Counted from the stretch's first letter, positions 36,941 to 50,425 are shown. The stretch: DNA of 64,000 bases from Lytechinus pictus (GCF_037042905.1 NC_087257.1:13764001-13828000); one strand, 5' to 3'. Program-made: numbers and translations. The notes: generated from the sequence alone by a model not told the origin.

Positions 36941-37509
36941 TCTGTGAATACCACTTTTGTGTAGATGAACAAGACGACGTCATAGAATGTGCATAATATG
37001 GATGTTTGAGACATCGACTTTTCTAGATATAAAGTCTTCTTGAATCATTAATTTCGACCTACTATCTCTTCTAACCATCAAATCTGAAATATTGACTAAA
37101 CATCCTTGAACTTGCACTTGGACCACGACTCCGAGTGGTGGAGGGAGGGGGAGGGGAGGGTCTATTATCATAATGATGATCATCATTGTTTATATCATTG
37201 TTGTTTCAATTACTGTTATTAAGTATTATTATATTTCTTATGGTTTTGTTCATCATTAGTTAGCCCTCATCAGCAGTGTTGCAAACAACCACTAATTAAC
37301 ATTTCTACTATTTCTGAAAAGAATAATGAAGGCATCTTAAATTTCAGATGGACAAGACACTCACGATTATCATTTATAATATTTATCATGTTAATCATTG
37401 TTTTAATAATTTTGTTCATACAAGCCGTTTCAAAGCGTTGGAGTAGGGGGAATTACGGGCGGGTATGAATCTCTTTTTCCATTCATACATAATTAAAACA
37501 CACATTTAT

Positions 37510-37662
37510 CAGTGGCCGCGGAACCAAGGGGGAGGGGGGGGTGGGGCTTCAGCCCCACACTTTTCCCCAAAAAAATCATGTTCAAATATGTAAAAATGAC
37601 CATCTAATTGTGATCTTTTTGCATGGTCAGTCCCCATTTTAAAAATCGTTCCGCGGCCCCTG
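37510..37662. mobile_element. hAT-like MITE
   Basis: TIR CAGTGGCCGCGGAAC / GTTCCGCGGCCCCTG; TSD not evident. Confidence 0.65.
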
Positions 37663-37730
37663 GATATAATCTCTGTCCAATTGAGTTTACCGATCGGTCC
37701 CAGGTAGGTAAAGTAAGCTCCTGTCGGGAT

Positions 37731-37841
37731 GGCTTCAGTCACACGCACGAAACGAACTCCAGACCGATCAAAGTTATTACGTTATTTTGAATGGAATATT
37801 ATCTGTCGGTTCGGAGTCGGTTTCGTTGGTGTGACTATGCC
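37731..37841. mobile_element. Palindromic MITE
   Basis: GGCTTCAGTCACAC..ACGAAAC..ACTCC..ACCGA mirrored by TCGGT..GGAGT..GTTTCGT..GTGTGACTATGCC. Confidence 0.6.
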
Positions 37842-38880
37842 CTAGTCACACGAAATACTCCGGCTGTGGCATTAGTCATTTTAATCGAATTAAACTGCTT
37901 TCATTGTGTAGTGATGTCCATGGAAATTTGAAGCGCGTGTAATGATGAAGATGGGGGAAAACGCAACTTTATATATACTTAATTTGCAATATCAGTTGTT
38001 TATTATGCAACAAATTCTTACTGAAATAATGAATAAGAATGATTGGTTGTGGATCAAACTACTTCACCTAATTTCTAGCAATGCTTCATACAATACAGAA
38101 CACAAAGTTGACGTTCGACATAGTTTAAATCGAAGATTTGCTTTGAATGCAACTTTTCACTCGTTTATATTAAATTTTAATAGGCCAAGTTAGAAATGGG
38201 GCACAATTATGACTGGAGTTTAATAGAATCAAACGAATTTTGTTACATGTGAATAACACTTCAAGCAATGGCGTCAATTTTGTTTAAAAATGTATAAATA
38301 TAAACTATTGCTTTAAATAGAAACATTTACAATGTTCGACGTTAAATATCCATCCTACATGATTACAAAAGTGAACAGTTATGCTAAGGGAGTCTTTTTT
38401 TTTTTTTTAAAACAGCCAAAACCGTTATCCTTTTAATCGATATACCTATCATCATTGTCATAATTATATTCAACATGATAAACACCACCGTTACCAATAC
38501 AATTGTCATGGTAACAACCAACATTGTCATCTATCCAGTCATCATCATCATCATCATTATCATCATCATCATCATCATTACCATTATCATTTAATTTCGT
38601 TTCTTTTTCTTCTTCATGGTCATCTTTTTTTCTCCTTATTCTGCTATTGCTTGTTCATGTTCTTCTGTAGGGAATTAAAAAAACAAACCGATTGAAATAC
38701 ATCGATATTTGAGGACGCAAATGCATGTAATTGCCTTCCAGGCGCAGAAGGTGTTCTATATGTTTTGGTAGTAAAAAAAATCCTTTACACCCCAGTCAGA
38801 ACAATTTAGCGCCCTCCCCAGTCCGAAATCCTGGATCCGCCCCTGCATGTTTCATGTCATAGGATTATGTTCCCTCAAAG

Positions 38881-39066
38881 TAGTCTGCACGCACAGACTC
38901 ACATTTGACACTTCAACCAATTAGAGGACTATAGTGAAGACACGACTCCAAAGACTCTGTGTCAAATAAGTAGAGCCAGCCACATAGTGAATATAGTCTT
39001 ACTAATTCAGACTCTGCATTATGCACTATGCAAATTGCGAAACAAAGGGTCTGTGCCTGCAGACTA
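38881..39066. mobile_element. MITE specific to duplication unit A
   Basis: TIR TAGTCTGCACGCACAGAC / GTCTGTGCCTGCAGACTA; flanking direct repeat CCCTCAAAG/CCCTAAAAG; absent at the paralogous site ~47460. Confidence 0.8.
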
Positions 39067-39715
39067 CCCTAAAAGCTATCATGATTTAATACAGCCGTTA
39101 ATAAGTGCCAACTACTTCCTTATACTATCTTAATTCATTTGAATCCTCACAAATCAAGGAGGTTATCTTCGGAAGATATCAACCTCTTATCAATTTTAAG
39201 TAAGATTTTAAAATGAAAATCAATAACACTTTGTCTTTGTGTTTCATATTGTGTCAATTGTCTTGTCCATTTTTGTGACCTTGATGCTAATGATGACTGA
39301 TGGTATTTGCATGGCTTCATTATAGGACCATCAATTTGATTTAAATCATTCGATGGCACAGGAATGACTGGAGAAAAGGTCATATTTTCATAAGAATACC
39401 TCACTTCATAATATGGATCATGTGACGGCCAGTTGCGCCATCAACTTTTTTTAAAGTTGGGGGGGGGGGGGGCGGTGGGTGAAGGGCAAAAGAAAAGTAT
39501 AGGGGGAAGGGCGACTTAGATAAAAAAAAATGGAAGAAAATCTTTTTAGCTCCGAAGAGTGAAAAACGGTTTTTCTTATATAATTTAGTTAGAATACGAT
39601 GCTTGTGACAGCAAATAATTTCTATGTTGAGAGTACTGTACAACTTGATAAAATTATTTTTCCTAATTTCTTGGTGGAATGCCCCCCCCCCCATTGGTAC
39701 CGCCACTCCTGACGT

Positions 39716-39947
39716 CACTGGCGGATCCAGGGGGCACAGCCTCCCCCCCTTTGAGAGGTACAATTAAAATTTGTAATGTAGAAAAATACCCATAAATTTT
39801 GATTAAAACCTTTTTTCTTTTTTTGCTTGTCAATTTTTTTCGTGAACGAAATACTCTTAATTTTCGGTTAAAACCTTTTTTTTTGCTTCTCAAATTTTTC
39901 CTCGGGGAAATGTGCCCCCCCTTCGAAAAATCTTGGATCCGCCCCTG
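39716..39947. mobile_element. hAT MITE specific to duplication unit A
   Basis: TIR CACTGGCGGATCCA / TGGATCCGCCCCTG; perfect 8-bp TSD CCTGACGT; the paralogous empty site has a single CCTGACGT at 49451-49458. Confidence 0.92.
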
Positions 39948-42110
39948 CCTGACGTCATGGTAGTGGATGTGTGTGAGGGTATGGTTGTGTGTAAAAAGAT
40001 GAGGTAGTATGTGTGGAAGTATGAAGAATTGTGTGCGTGTGTTTGTGATTGTAAGGGGTGTGTGAGTTTGTTGGTTTCTGTGTGTCGTTTGTGGGTGCAA
40101 TTAACAGTTAGAAATGTGTGAATGTATATCGTGTGTTTTCGAGTGTGTGTGTATCTAGGACTGGTGTACCTCGTGTGGATGGGTCAGGTTGCGATTAACT
40201 GTGTGTCTCTGAGGGTGTGTTCGGTTGCCTTTGATTATCACATAACAAACGAATAAATATAAACACAATGAAGGAAGTCTGGTCAACGTATATGAGAATG
40301 AACTAAAATTTTAAACTTTTCAAAGTAAAAATCTCAGCTTGTGATTACTGTTGACATGATAATCGGAAATTTATATCATATTTCCCAATGTCTCTTCCTA
40401 AGGGAGTGTGTGAGGGTGTGTGTGTGTATGAATGAATATGTACATATTATGTGAGTGTGTGTACAAACCATTCTACCCAATTTTCTATAAAGGGTATTAA
40501 GAGAAAGCGATGCTTGATAATTTCATGAGGATTATGAGAACGACAATTACAATAATGAGGATGATAATGATAACAACTATAAGTTCATATCATAATAATC
40601 ACATTTTATTTTGATTCTTCCATGAAACCCTGGCTGGGTTGATTGTACACATCATCCCCAGCCGGAACTTTGGACGGATGGGGGAGGGGGCAGTGAAGCC
40701 CCATCCCACCTCTTCCTGCACCCCTTTTCTATACGAATTAATCTCGATTTCGAAGAGCTACAATCACTAAAAAGGTTGATGACATTAACCTTCAGCCAGG
40801 TAGCAAGAGGGAACACATGTTTCATAAATGATAGTAAAAAAAATTGTCCAAAAATGCTGGTTTGAAATTTTGATGTGTAAATTATTAAAAGAGAACCAAA
40901 GTTCGATATTTTACTATATTTCATTTGTGTGGGTGCACGAACAAAAGATATGCAGAGTAGTTTTTTATTGTCATTACGAAAAGTACATATGTTATCTGTC
41001 ATTTTTCATATAAATAGTTCTATTCACAATTTTGAACTGAAACAACTTCATGTTTACATCTTCAATTGAATAAAAAGTAATGACTTCACATGGTATTGTC
41101 AAAGTCAAACATTTGTTTCCAGTTTGTAAGACTTTTTACATTCTTAAACTTTTACTTCAAAAGAACACAATTTTTGTTAAAAAAACTTTAATTATTAAAA
41201 CCAATGCTTCAGAATAAAAAATGAAGATAGCAAGACATTTGGTATGACATATTTATTTAAAACACATATAGCATTGCACAGGCCATGATATTGAAGAAAC
41301 TTACTTGTATATAGATTGTATTTGCGTTGAAAATCAAAATATGAGAGAAATTTTTCCATCTGTTGCCAAATATTATCAAAACGTACCCCTTGGCGCACCA
41401 AGATTTGAAACATATAACTTTTTTAATATTTGATTATTCCAAAGGACTTGACATGCAACATCATCAACAATATAACGAGTAGGCCTATAGGTTTATTCTT
41501 TAACGACGTTACCAATTCCCTAAGGGTGTGGGTGAAGGAGAAATCGTGAACTCTTTCCAGTTTTCGTCCCAACTTCAGTGTTTGTTCAAGTTCAATGAAA
41601 ACCTTTTCGGTTTCCCCCTACAAAGTATCGCCCCCTGTGTGGTGGAACCACTTCAAAAAAAAATTAAAAAAAATTAAAAAAAATGCTAAAACAATAGTAA
41701 GACTAGTGTTCCGATCATATCCAAAAGCATACAATTGAATCCATCCCGAGTATTAACACCCCCGCAATCGAAGATCAATAGTTTCATATTATACAAGGTA
41801 GGACTAAGCAATCATATCGTAACATACTTCGAGATTATAGATATCTGATTGTGTATCAACACTCCACGCCAGGACAAACGTAATTAAATACATGAGATCC
41901 AGCTTCAAGCTTAATACGAAAAGAGCGATTGCTAGTACTGAACTTCGCTTTCAAAGTAAAAAGTAAGAGAGGATTGCCAGTGCTGCACTCGTAGAAACAG
42001 ACAAGAACACCTGTGGTTTCTCAAACATCGCACCTTGAAATGAATACATTGTAAACTCCTAGTCGTTTTCTTTTCGAAGCTACCTTGCAGAATTCAGAGA
42101 CCTGAAAATG

Positions 42111-42117
42111 TATAAAT
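42111..42117 (+). promoter_or_regulatory. TATA box, SMB gene copy A
   Basis: TATAAAT 116 nt upstream of the ATG, conserved in copy B. Confidence 0.6.
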
Positions 42118-42226
42118 TCAGGGCTAGTGGAGCTGGGAAATTCATAGTCAGCGTCGTTTGGGATACTGACAACAAGCAACAAGACATCTTCCAGAGCTCT
42201 GAGCTGATAGCATCATCATCGTCATA

Positions 42227-45167
42227 ATGGAAAGCAGAAAAATTCTAGCCGTGCTCGTTGCCATCTCGGTTCTTGCTGTTTGTGCCGCCCAGGCTCGTAA
42301 GTATAGGCCCTATAGATTTCCCCCCACCTTTTGAGGGTTGCTGAGAAGCTTAAAAGAGCAATATTCACGAGTTTTACTCTTGGAGGAAAATATCAGGGAC
42401 ACCTTGTATTATCGTCAAATAAGGATGCTTTGTTCCTTACCAAAGTTGCTTTGAGATTTCCACTTTAATGCCATAATTATTGCAGGTGAAAAGGTTAATA
42501 GGGTTATTTTAATTTGAAGTAACTATGGAAAAGTAATCAGTTAATTATTGTTTTTTGTTTTATAATACGTAATGGCCATTTTTTTTGGAGTTCGTGGCAG
42601 CCTACGGCTTTCCCTGATAAATGTCTTTAATGAAAAGTTGAATTCCTAGTATAAGCGTTAGAAAGAGACTCACTATTGTAAAACTTTTTGTGACTTGAAG
42701 TGGCATTGTCCATGAATCTCATCTTTTCGGTTTTACAATTGAGCAGCAAATGGATTTCGGCCTAGACCGGGACCAAGACCGAGACCAGAAAACGGCACCA
42801 GTCCTGGACCACGACCGAGACCAGAAAACGGCACCAGTCCAGGACCACGACCGAGACCAGAAAACGGCACCAGTCCTGGACCACGACCGAGACCGGGAAA
42901 CGGCGGAGGAAACCACTCTCAACCTATCAACGGTCCCAGACCAGGCAACCACTCCCAACCTATCAACGACACCAGACCGGGCAACGGCACTGGCAACTAT
43001 TCAAGGGACGGTCATATCGTAAAGCGCCAGACATTTTTCTCTACCTTATCACCCCCATCAGGAAATGGATCTGGAAATCACTCACACCCTCCTCCTCCTC
43101 CTCCCCCAACACCAAGCAACAGTTCTGCTCCACCACCACCACCACCACCACACAACAGCACAGCTCCCCCTCCACCAACCAACAGTTCTCTCGCTCCCCC
43201 ACCCTCAAACAAGAGCCTTCCCCCTCCCCCACCATACAACAGCTCTTTCGCGCCCCCACCCTCGTACAACAGCACCACCCCTCCTCCACCATTAAACAGT
43301 TCTTTCGCTCCTCCTCCCCCGTCCAATAGCTCTGCCCCTCCCCCTACATCAGGAACCAACAGCCCATCGCATCCCCCACCTCCCAGTAGCCCTCCTTCAG
43401 GTGAGTGAACTGTATAATCTTATTTCATACAACATTATTTATCACGGCATATACCACTTCTATATTGACAAGAATAAAGTAAAAGTCCGACGTTGGTGTA
43501 GCTTAGGCGGTAGACGAGTCGTCATAAATCCCGGAGCATTTCAAGAAATAAATTTTCAGCGATTTTCCTTGACGACTATTATGAGCTTCTGAATTCACTG
43601 GATCTGAATGGCTCAGAAAAATGATGAAAATTACAGACTTTTTGCATAATGAATCACTCGTTCGGGCTTCAACCCAAGACGATATTATTTGTTTGTAATA
43701 TTTTGTAATAGAATGTAGTATTACATAAAAAAACAGACCACTTATTTGTGTTTTCGCATTTTACCCCTTTATTCTATGCGCTATATTGCATTTCAAGATT
43801 TATTTTCTTTTTGTAAATGCAATGAATTACCACGTCATTATCATTATCACCAAGGTATAAAGAATGATAAAGCATAATAACAATCAGTCGTGTTTCATTT
43901 TAATTATTTAAATTTCCTAAGTACATGAAGTATGGAGTAGAATGAAGTAAGAACATACGTTGATATGGTTAGAAAGAATAATGATGGGACCTACAATGCT
44001 TGAATACGCAGTTACTGCTCAATAAGGGTCGCCAAACGTATACTAAGAACAAAGAAGCCGGATTTGTTTTCTACATTCTTATTTCAATAAATTTTTATTC
44101 AGAAGTTAAGGGCTTGTAAAAGAGATAGGTTATGCTAACACGTAATAAACTGATATTTCACTTGCGCTCTTACTCTTTACTTGGAGAATAGGGCTATCCA
44201 GTTGTTCGTAAAATTATTGGTGAGTTTCTAAGCATCTTTACAAAACGGCCCCTCTCCACTTTGTAAGATGTAGACCCTTTCACTCTGTGTCATGTCGTGT
44301 GCTCTTCTCCACATTTTTGTTCACATTACAGGCCGATCGTGTAGGGGAAGATGTGGTAACTATAATGGTTCCAGACAGTGCCAATGCGACAATCAATGCA
44401 GGATGTACAGAGACTGTTGCCGTGATCTAGAATCTGAGTGCCAGGTTAGACGAATAATATTTGCGATTTTGTAGACGTATGTGTCGGCCAATATAGACCT
44501 TTTGCAGTGACGTCATCACGCCGCCATCTTTAGAGGCTGAAGTCATTGCCTTGCATGCTTTGTTGATCTGCAGCTGGAGTAGCTCTGAAGGAGGGCGCTA
44601 TGAGCTTATGACGTGATATGCATAATGTCTATTCAAAACTCCGGTTCTCCTTTATTTTTAGTGCCAATTGCGTGCTTTTCCGTGTTTAAGATATTTCGTT
44701 TTTTTCTGTAACATGTCAAATGACATGATAATACAAAACAAAAATAAATCGTAAATAGAGATCATATCTTACCCCAAATAAGTTTTGCACACCTGTATGC
44801 TAAACAATACGAACAGGATTGTTGTGCAAATTTGACAAATCACAATTCGATGTTCCGAATGTATGGTCGCATAATTGTATGGTGAATATTATCATTAAAT
44901 AATCGGATAAAAAATGAAAGAGAATCGAAATCGGAGTTGAGATGTTAAATTCATTGCATCTCAAAGAATGATAGGAGTACAGTGATTACTATGCATTTGG
45001 AAGAATCAATATTCCAAAATTATTCTCATTCCTATCTTTACCACTTTCTAGTGGACTCAACCTTTAAATGCAAATGTAAAATATAATTTTTACCTTTCAA
45101 CATATGAAAACTTATTTTCCACTTTTTGCATTTGTTTTTTTCTGTCCTTATTCAGAACCGGAACTAG
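42227..45167 (+). CDS. Secreted Pro-rich, N-glycosylated somatomedin-B-domain protein, copy A, 282 aa: join(42227..42296,42747..43400,44332..44444,45156..45167)
   Basis: Exon 1 is a signal peptide MESRKILAVLVAISVLAVCAAQA with donor C|GTAAGT. Exon 2 is an open 654-nt frame PNGFRPRPGPRPRPENGTS...HIVKRQ...PPPPSSPPS with donor G|GTGAGT. Exon 3 is an 8-Cys SMB domain SCRGRCGNYNGSRQCQCDNQCRMYRDCCRDLESECQ. Exon 4 is NRN*. Phases 1,1,0 are consistent and all splice sites are kept in the paralog. Exon 4 is the least certain. Confidence 0.85.
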
Positions 45168-47812
45168 GCGGATTCACCGACTCGTTGATTTGACGTTGGA
45201 ATCGGACCAGGAATTGGACAGGGAATACGGATCAGTAAACAAAAGAAAATTACTTAGCTCTTAGGCCTTTAACAAGCCTATGTCTTTTACGATGAATACA
45301 AATAACATATTGAAATTTGATATCAATCAAACTGTTTGATTGTTGATTGATTTGATTGATAAAAAAGTTTTAAACTTTCGTTTTCCCTATATATGTAGGT
45401 ATTGTACAACATGATTTACAAATTAGATGTAGATAAAAAAAAATTGTAGGCATGATACCCCCTCCCAAAAAAAGAGAATTATGACAAAACTATTCTTCTC
45501 TTCTCATAATCTTTGAAATATTAGTATGTCCATTTCTCGACTTTGCGAATTTGAATTCCTTGCTTTCAGAAGTAACGATTCATCAGCACACTAAATCGTC
45601 TTGTTGGAAAAAAAATCAATGTACAGTTCTGATGGAGGAAAGAAAGTCTTGATGGGTTGGCCTAGGTTAGCCTTCTCAGCCTGAGTAATAACGGTCGATT
45701 TTTATTGCTTTCCCGCTATAGCACCGAAATGAAACATTCTTTTAGGTACCAAATAGATTACTGTCCCCAGCAGTCGTCTTAAGTTAAATGAAACATGCCA
45801 ACCTCTTCCTAACGTTGGCTATTTAGGACTATTTATATATCCTACTCTTTCGGGAATCAATCAACATGAATTTCGGCGTCGGGTTTATAGTATAATTTCG
45901 ATAATAAACATTTGCAGAAATCAGAAACTCAAGCGCCTCGTTTTCTTCTTTGGAGGGTCATGTTATTCATTTAAGCTCTCCTTTGATTGCTGGTTTTTAT
46001 ACTTTATCCATGAAGTTAAACAGTAACATTAATTTGTGTGGGTCCAATCATAGTAAAGAAACATTTCGTGTAAGTGTGGAGGTGTGAGTGTATTCGAAGG
46101 GCAATGATACAGAGAGAGAGAGAGAGAGAGGGGTGGGGGGAAGACGCATAAAGTTTGAGCGTGACACCAACAAATTGGGGTGCCATGGTGTAGGTGTGTT
46201 TTGCAATTACCCGCACAGTCAATATATGACTTAAACACGAACTTCACATTTAAATTTCATATTTAAACGAGGACACACAGCGAAAATATGACGCTCTCAG
46301 ATTGTTAATCTCTCCAAATTTTCCCAAACCATACGGATATTATTATGCAGGGAGGGTGTCATTTAACAAGAAATGTAAAAGTACATCTTTGCTTTATGTC
46401 CTCAGTTGTAAGGTGAAACTTTCAAACAATCCTCAGATGACCTGATTCCCACAGGCTCGAAATACTACGGTTATTTTGTGAAGTACTTCTGAAAATCATG
46501 TCCTCAATTGCTGTCAATAATTGTGAGTGTGTTTGTGTGCACAGAAGAAAGAGATAGAAAGGGAGGGTGGGTGGGGAGGGGGGGGTGTTGTGGTATACAG
46601 GTGATTATAGGTCTAATGAAATTATATAGAATATTTGCTTTCTTCTCTCATCTATAGAATCACATCATTATAATTTATAATTACCATTCCTACTTCTCTG
46701 CATGTATTCCTCCCTGTTCCCTCTCTTATTCGTCCTTTTTTTCCCCTCCACACCTTTTCTCCCTGACAGGGTAGAGGCATGGAATGATAAAACAGCCGAC
46801 GGATTGAGTTATCATTTTCGTCGAATTGTAAAGCCTAAAACAATACTGTAAAATTAATCAATAACATATTTTTTCACAATAAGATTTTTTTTTTCTTAAA
46901 AGTGTTTCGATTTTAAAGCCCGTTCACAATTAATTCACAATAACAATTTGACTTACATTAATCGGGTATCCATTCTAACGATTACAGATAGTAAAGATTG
47001 CTGAAAAAAACATTTTTTTTAATACAAATATCCAAAGCCGTCATTATTTTTTATTGCCTTCTTTATTCTGTTCATCTCTTTCATCGTATATTTTTTCGTT
47101 TTTGTTTCTTAATATTTTCAGATTTCCTTCCCGTATTCATTTTCTTACCCTTCTCTTTCACGTACCCCTTCCTATTTTACTTTCTTTTTTTGTCTTCATA
47201 ATCATCTTCTTTTTTCTCGCTAGTCTTCTCTTCCGTTTTCACATTTTTTATCTAAAGAATGTAAAACAAACCGATCAAAACATAGTCATTCCAGAATGGG
47301 AATGCTTGTAATTGTTTTTCATGGGGCAGAAGTTGTTCCAGGTGTTTCGGTAGAAAAAAAAAAAAATCCGTTCCAACCCCCATCGGAACAATTTTGGTAC
47401 CCTTCCCAGTCCGAAATCCTGGATCAGCCCATGCATATTTCATGTCATCAGATTATATTGGAGCTATCATGATTTTAAAATAGTCATCAATCAATGCCAA
47501 CCTGTTAATACTACCTAATGCTATCTTATAAATCCTCACAAATAAAGGAGGTTCTTTTCGGAAGATATCAACCTCATATTGATTCGAAATAAGACTTTGA
47601 AAAAAAAAAATATTTGTCTTTGCGTTTCATAATGTGCCAATTCCTTGTCCAATTAATTTCTAACCTTGATGATGATGATGATGATGGTTAATGGTATTTG
47701 CATGGCTTTATATAGGCCCATCAATTTGATTTAAATCATTCGATGGCCATGGATGATTGGAGAAAATGTCATATTTTCATGAGAATACGCAAACCTCGGA
47801 ACGGTAATAATA

Positions 47813-47929
47813 GGGTCCCGTAACAAAAAGGTTGTCAATCGTACACTAGATTGAAGGACGTTATAGTCAATGGAATCAATCGTAGAAAACTGTTCTACTA
47901 TCATTGTTAAGCTTTGTGTTACGAGTCCT
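47813..47929. mobile_element. Short MITE in a unit-B-specific block
   Basis: GGGTCCCGTAACAAAAAG / CTTTGTGTTACGAGTCC imperfect TIRs. Confidence 0.55.
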
Positions 47930-49824
47930 AGATCTGTGTGCAAAATTCTTTCATGCGACACCACGCTTGTGAGATTAGAAAATCCCGTGCTTTCATGTAC
48001 ATACGACTGGTCATCACAGCATGCCTGCCTGATCCCGGGACTGTACTCTGGCTGCTTGGCTGGAGATATGAGAAACACTCGGCGTACATAGTGTGGTATG
48101 ACATGGATAAGGAAGTGTTTTTTTTTTTTAAACAAATCGAGTATATATTAAGTGAGGAAAACTCACTGAATTAAGGCTAAGTATATATCATTACAGTCCA
48201 TCGAATCGATATTGCATCAAACGTGGATTATTGGGGGATCACTGGCAAAGGCATTGGTCATATTCACCTCTCCAGCTAAACCATCTCGCATGCGTTATCA
48301 GCACAGCAAATATGTCTAAAAACGATCCAGATTTTTTTATTTTGCTGGCTCGATCCCCTACACAAACGGCAAGCCATCTTGCACAAAATGTGAAGGACAT
48401 ATATGCCCCGTGTGCATTGTTGGCATCATGTTTTACTTTCCCCGAAATGGGGATTAGATTTCAAATTCCCGGGGGACCAATTCCAACCAGGCGCGACCAT
48501 GGGGTTTCGAAAAGTACCCTAGGCAAGTCTTTTCCATGTTATGAAAATGTATCCCTTAACAAGTATTGGCGTGTGAAACCCTACCCTTAACAAGTATTGG
48601 AAATTTGACCGTAAACACTTAGCTTTCCTAACAAAATATATACCCTTTTTCAGTTTTTTGTATGGCGTTTTTCACACCCTTCTTACGTTACATGCGTAAC
48701 GTGCCCACTTTTGAAAAATAAATTCCTTTTTACGCGTGGTCGCGCCTGGTATCCACTCGTCAGTGGAAGTGGATCCCCTGGCACCTCGAGCTATAAGAGG
48801 TCAATTGTAGCTCTGGAAACTCATCCTAAATCGGATTTGTCGCTGTCGCAGTCAGAATCATGCACACGAGCCGCAGATTAAATGATACCGTTGTGGATGC
48901 GATAGGTAAATTCTCATGTCACACAACTTGTATTGCAGGACAATCTCTTACGACGGGCCCAAAAGTCTCATCCAAAATCAAATTCGTCGTAAAGGTCCGT
49001 TTGCGCAGCGATAGGTCCGGACTACTGATCACATGACGGCCAGTTGCACTACCAGCATATTTAAAGTAGGCGGGGGGGGGGGGGGGTGGATGAAGGGCAA
49101 GATAAAACGTGTATTTGGGCAAGGGCGACCTAGTAAAATGGAAGAAAATCTTTTAAGCTTTGAAGAGTGAAATATGGTGTGGTTTTTTTTTTGAGAGAGA
49201 ACTTTGTTTGAATATGAAGACGACAAGAACACACTTGTCGAATTTTCGAGATTGGGTGATCCTTTTCAGAACCAATACTTGCCCAAGAAAGATATATGGT
49301 GTACTGTGAAACCTACTACACAATATGATACTTGTGACAGCAAATAATTTCTATGCAGAGAGAGCTGTACAATTTCACAATCATTTTTCATAATTTCTTC
49401 ACGGGGAGAGGGGGATTGGTGCAATGTCCCCCCCTTTTGGTGCCGCCACTCCTGACGTCATGGTAGTGGATGTGTGTGAAGGTTTGGTTGTGTGTGAAGG
49501 TTTGGTTGTGTGTGAAGGTTTGGTTGTGTGTAACAAGATGAGGTTGTGTGTAACAGGATAAGGTAGTATGTGTGGAAGTAGGAAGAATTTTGTGCGTGTG
49601 TTTGTGATTGTGAGTTCATGTATTCTGGTGAGGATGTGGGTGTGCGTGTGTTGGTGTCTGTGTGTCGTTTGTGGTTGCAATGAACAGAAATGTGTGAATG
49701 TATATCGTGTGTTTTCGAGTGTGTGTGTGTTTCAAGGACTGGTGCGCCTCGTGTGTGTATGTCAGGTTGCGGTTAACTGTGTGTCTCAGAAGGCGTGTTC
49801 GGTTTGCCTTTGAATATCACATTA

Positions 49825-50425
49825 AGGATAAGTCCACCCGCAACAATAAGTTGGTTTGAATAAAAAGAGAAAAATCGAAGTTACAAGCATAACACTAAAA
49901 ATTTCATCAAAATCGGACGTAAAATAAGAAAGTTATGGCATTTTAAACTTTTTTAAACTTTCAATATTCACATCCTGTTCGGTATGTAATTAATGAGAAA
50001 ACTGATGACATCATCCACTCACTATTTCTTTTGTATTTCATTACATGGAATATGAAATATTCTAATTTTCTCATCATTGTCATGTGAAACAAAGTCAGAT
50101 ATCTTCCTGAACATGGGTAATTATCATTGTTATAACATTTCTGGTTGAAACAAGAGGGTCCTTAATGCCAAATCTTTAAGAAATTAAATATTGTACAATT
50201 CACACACTAAAAAAAAAAGAAATAGTGAATGAGGGACATCATCAACTCTCTCATATAAATATCACTAAGTTGTGCATATAACTGTTTTGTGAAAAGTAAG
50301 CGAAATTTTAAAATGTCGTAATTCTTTCTTATTTTACATTCGATTTTGATGAAATATTCAGTGTTATGCTTTTTGATTTTCCTCTTTTAATTCAAATCAA
50401 CTTTTATCTGGCGTGGACTTGACCT
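49825..50425. mobile_element. Second copy of the Kolobok-type element
   Basis: Collinear with 5307-5907; ends GTGGACTTGACCT|TTAA; absent from duplication unit A. Confidence 0.85.

Larger units (their letters stand above)
38330..46940 (+). repeat. Tandem segmental duplication, unit A (~8.6 kb)
   Basis: Collinear homology with 46950-63780, e.g. 38821~47409, 39956~49459, 41455~58256, 42227~59029, 46770~63624. Boundaries approximate. Confidence 0.85.

Noticed and set aside
42719-43359. ORF-track proteins MDFGLDRDQDRD..., poly-His MDLEITH... and Gly-rich minus-strand ORFs (and their copies at 59520-60169)
   Set aside because: Shadow frames of the repetitive exon 2; only the Pro-rich frame is open across the whole exon and phase-compatible with the flanking exons.
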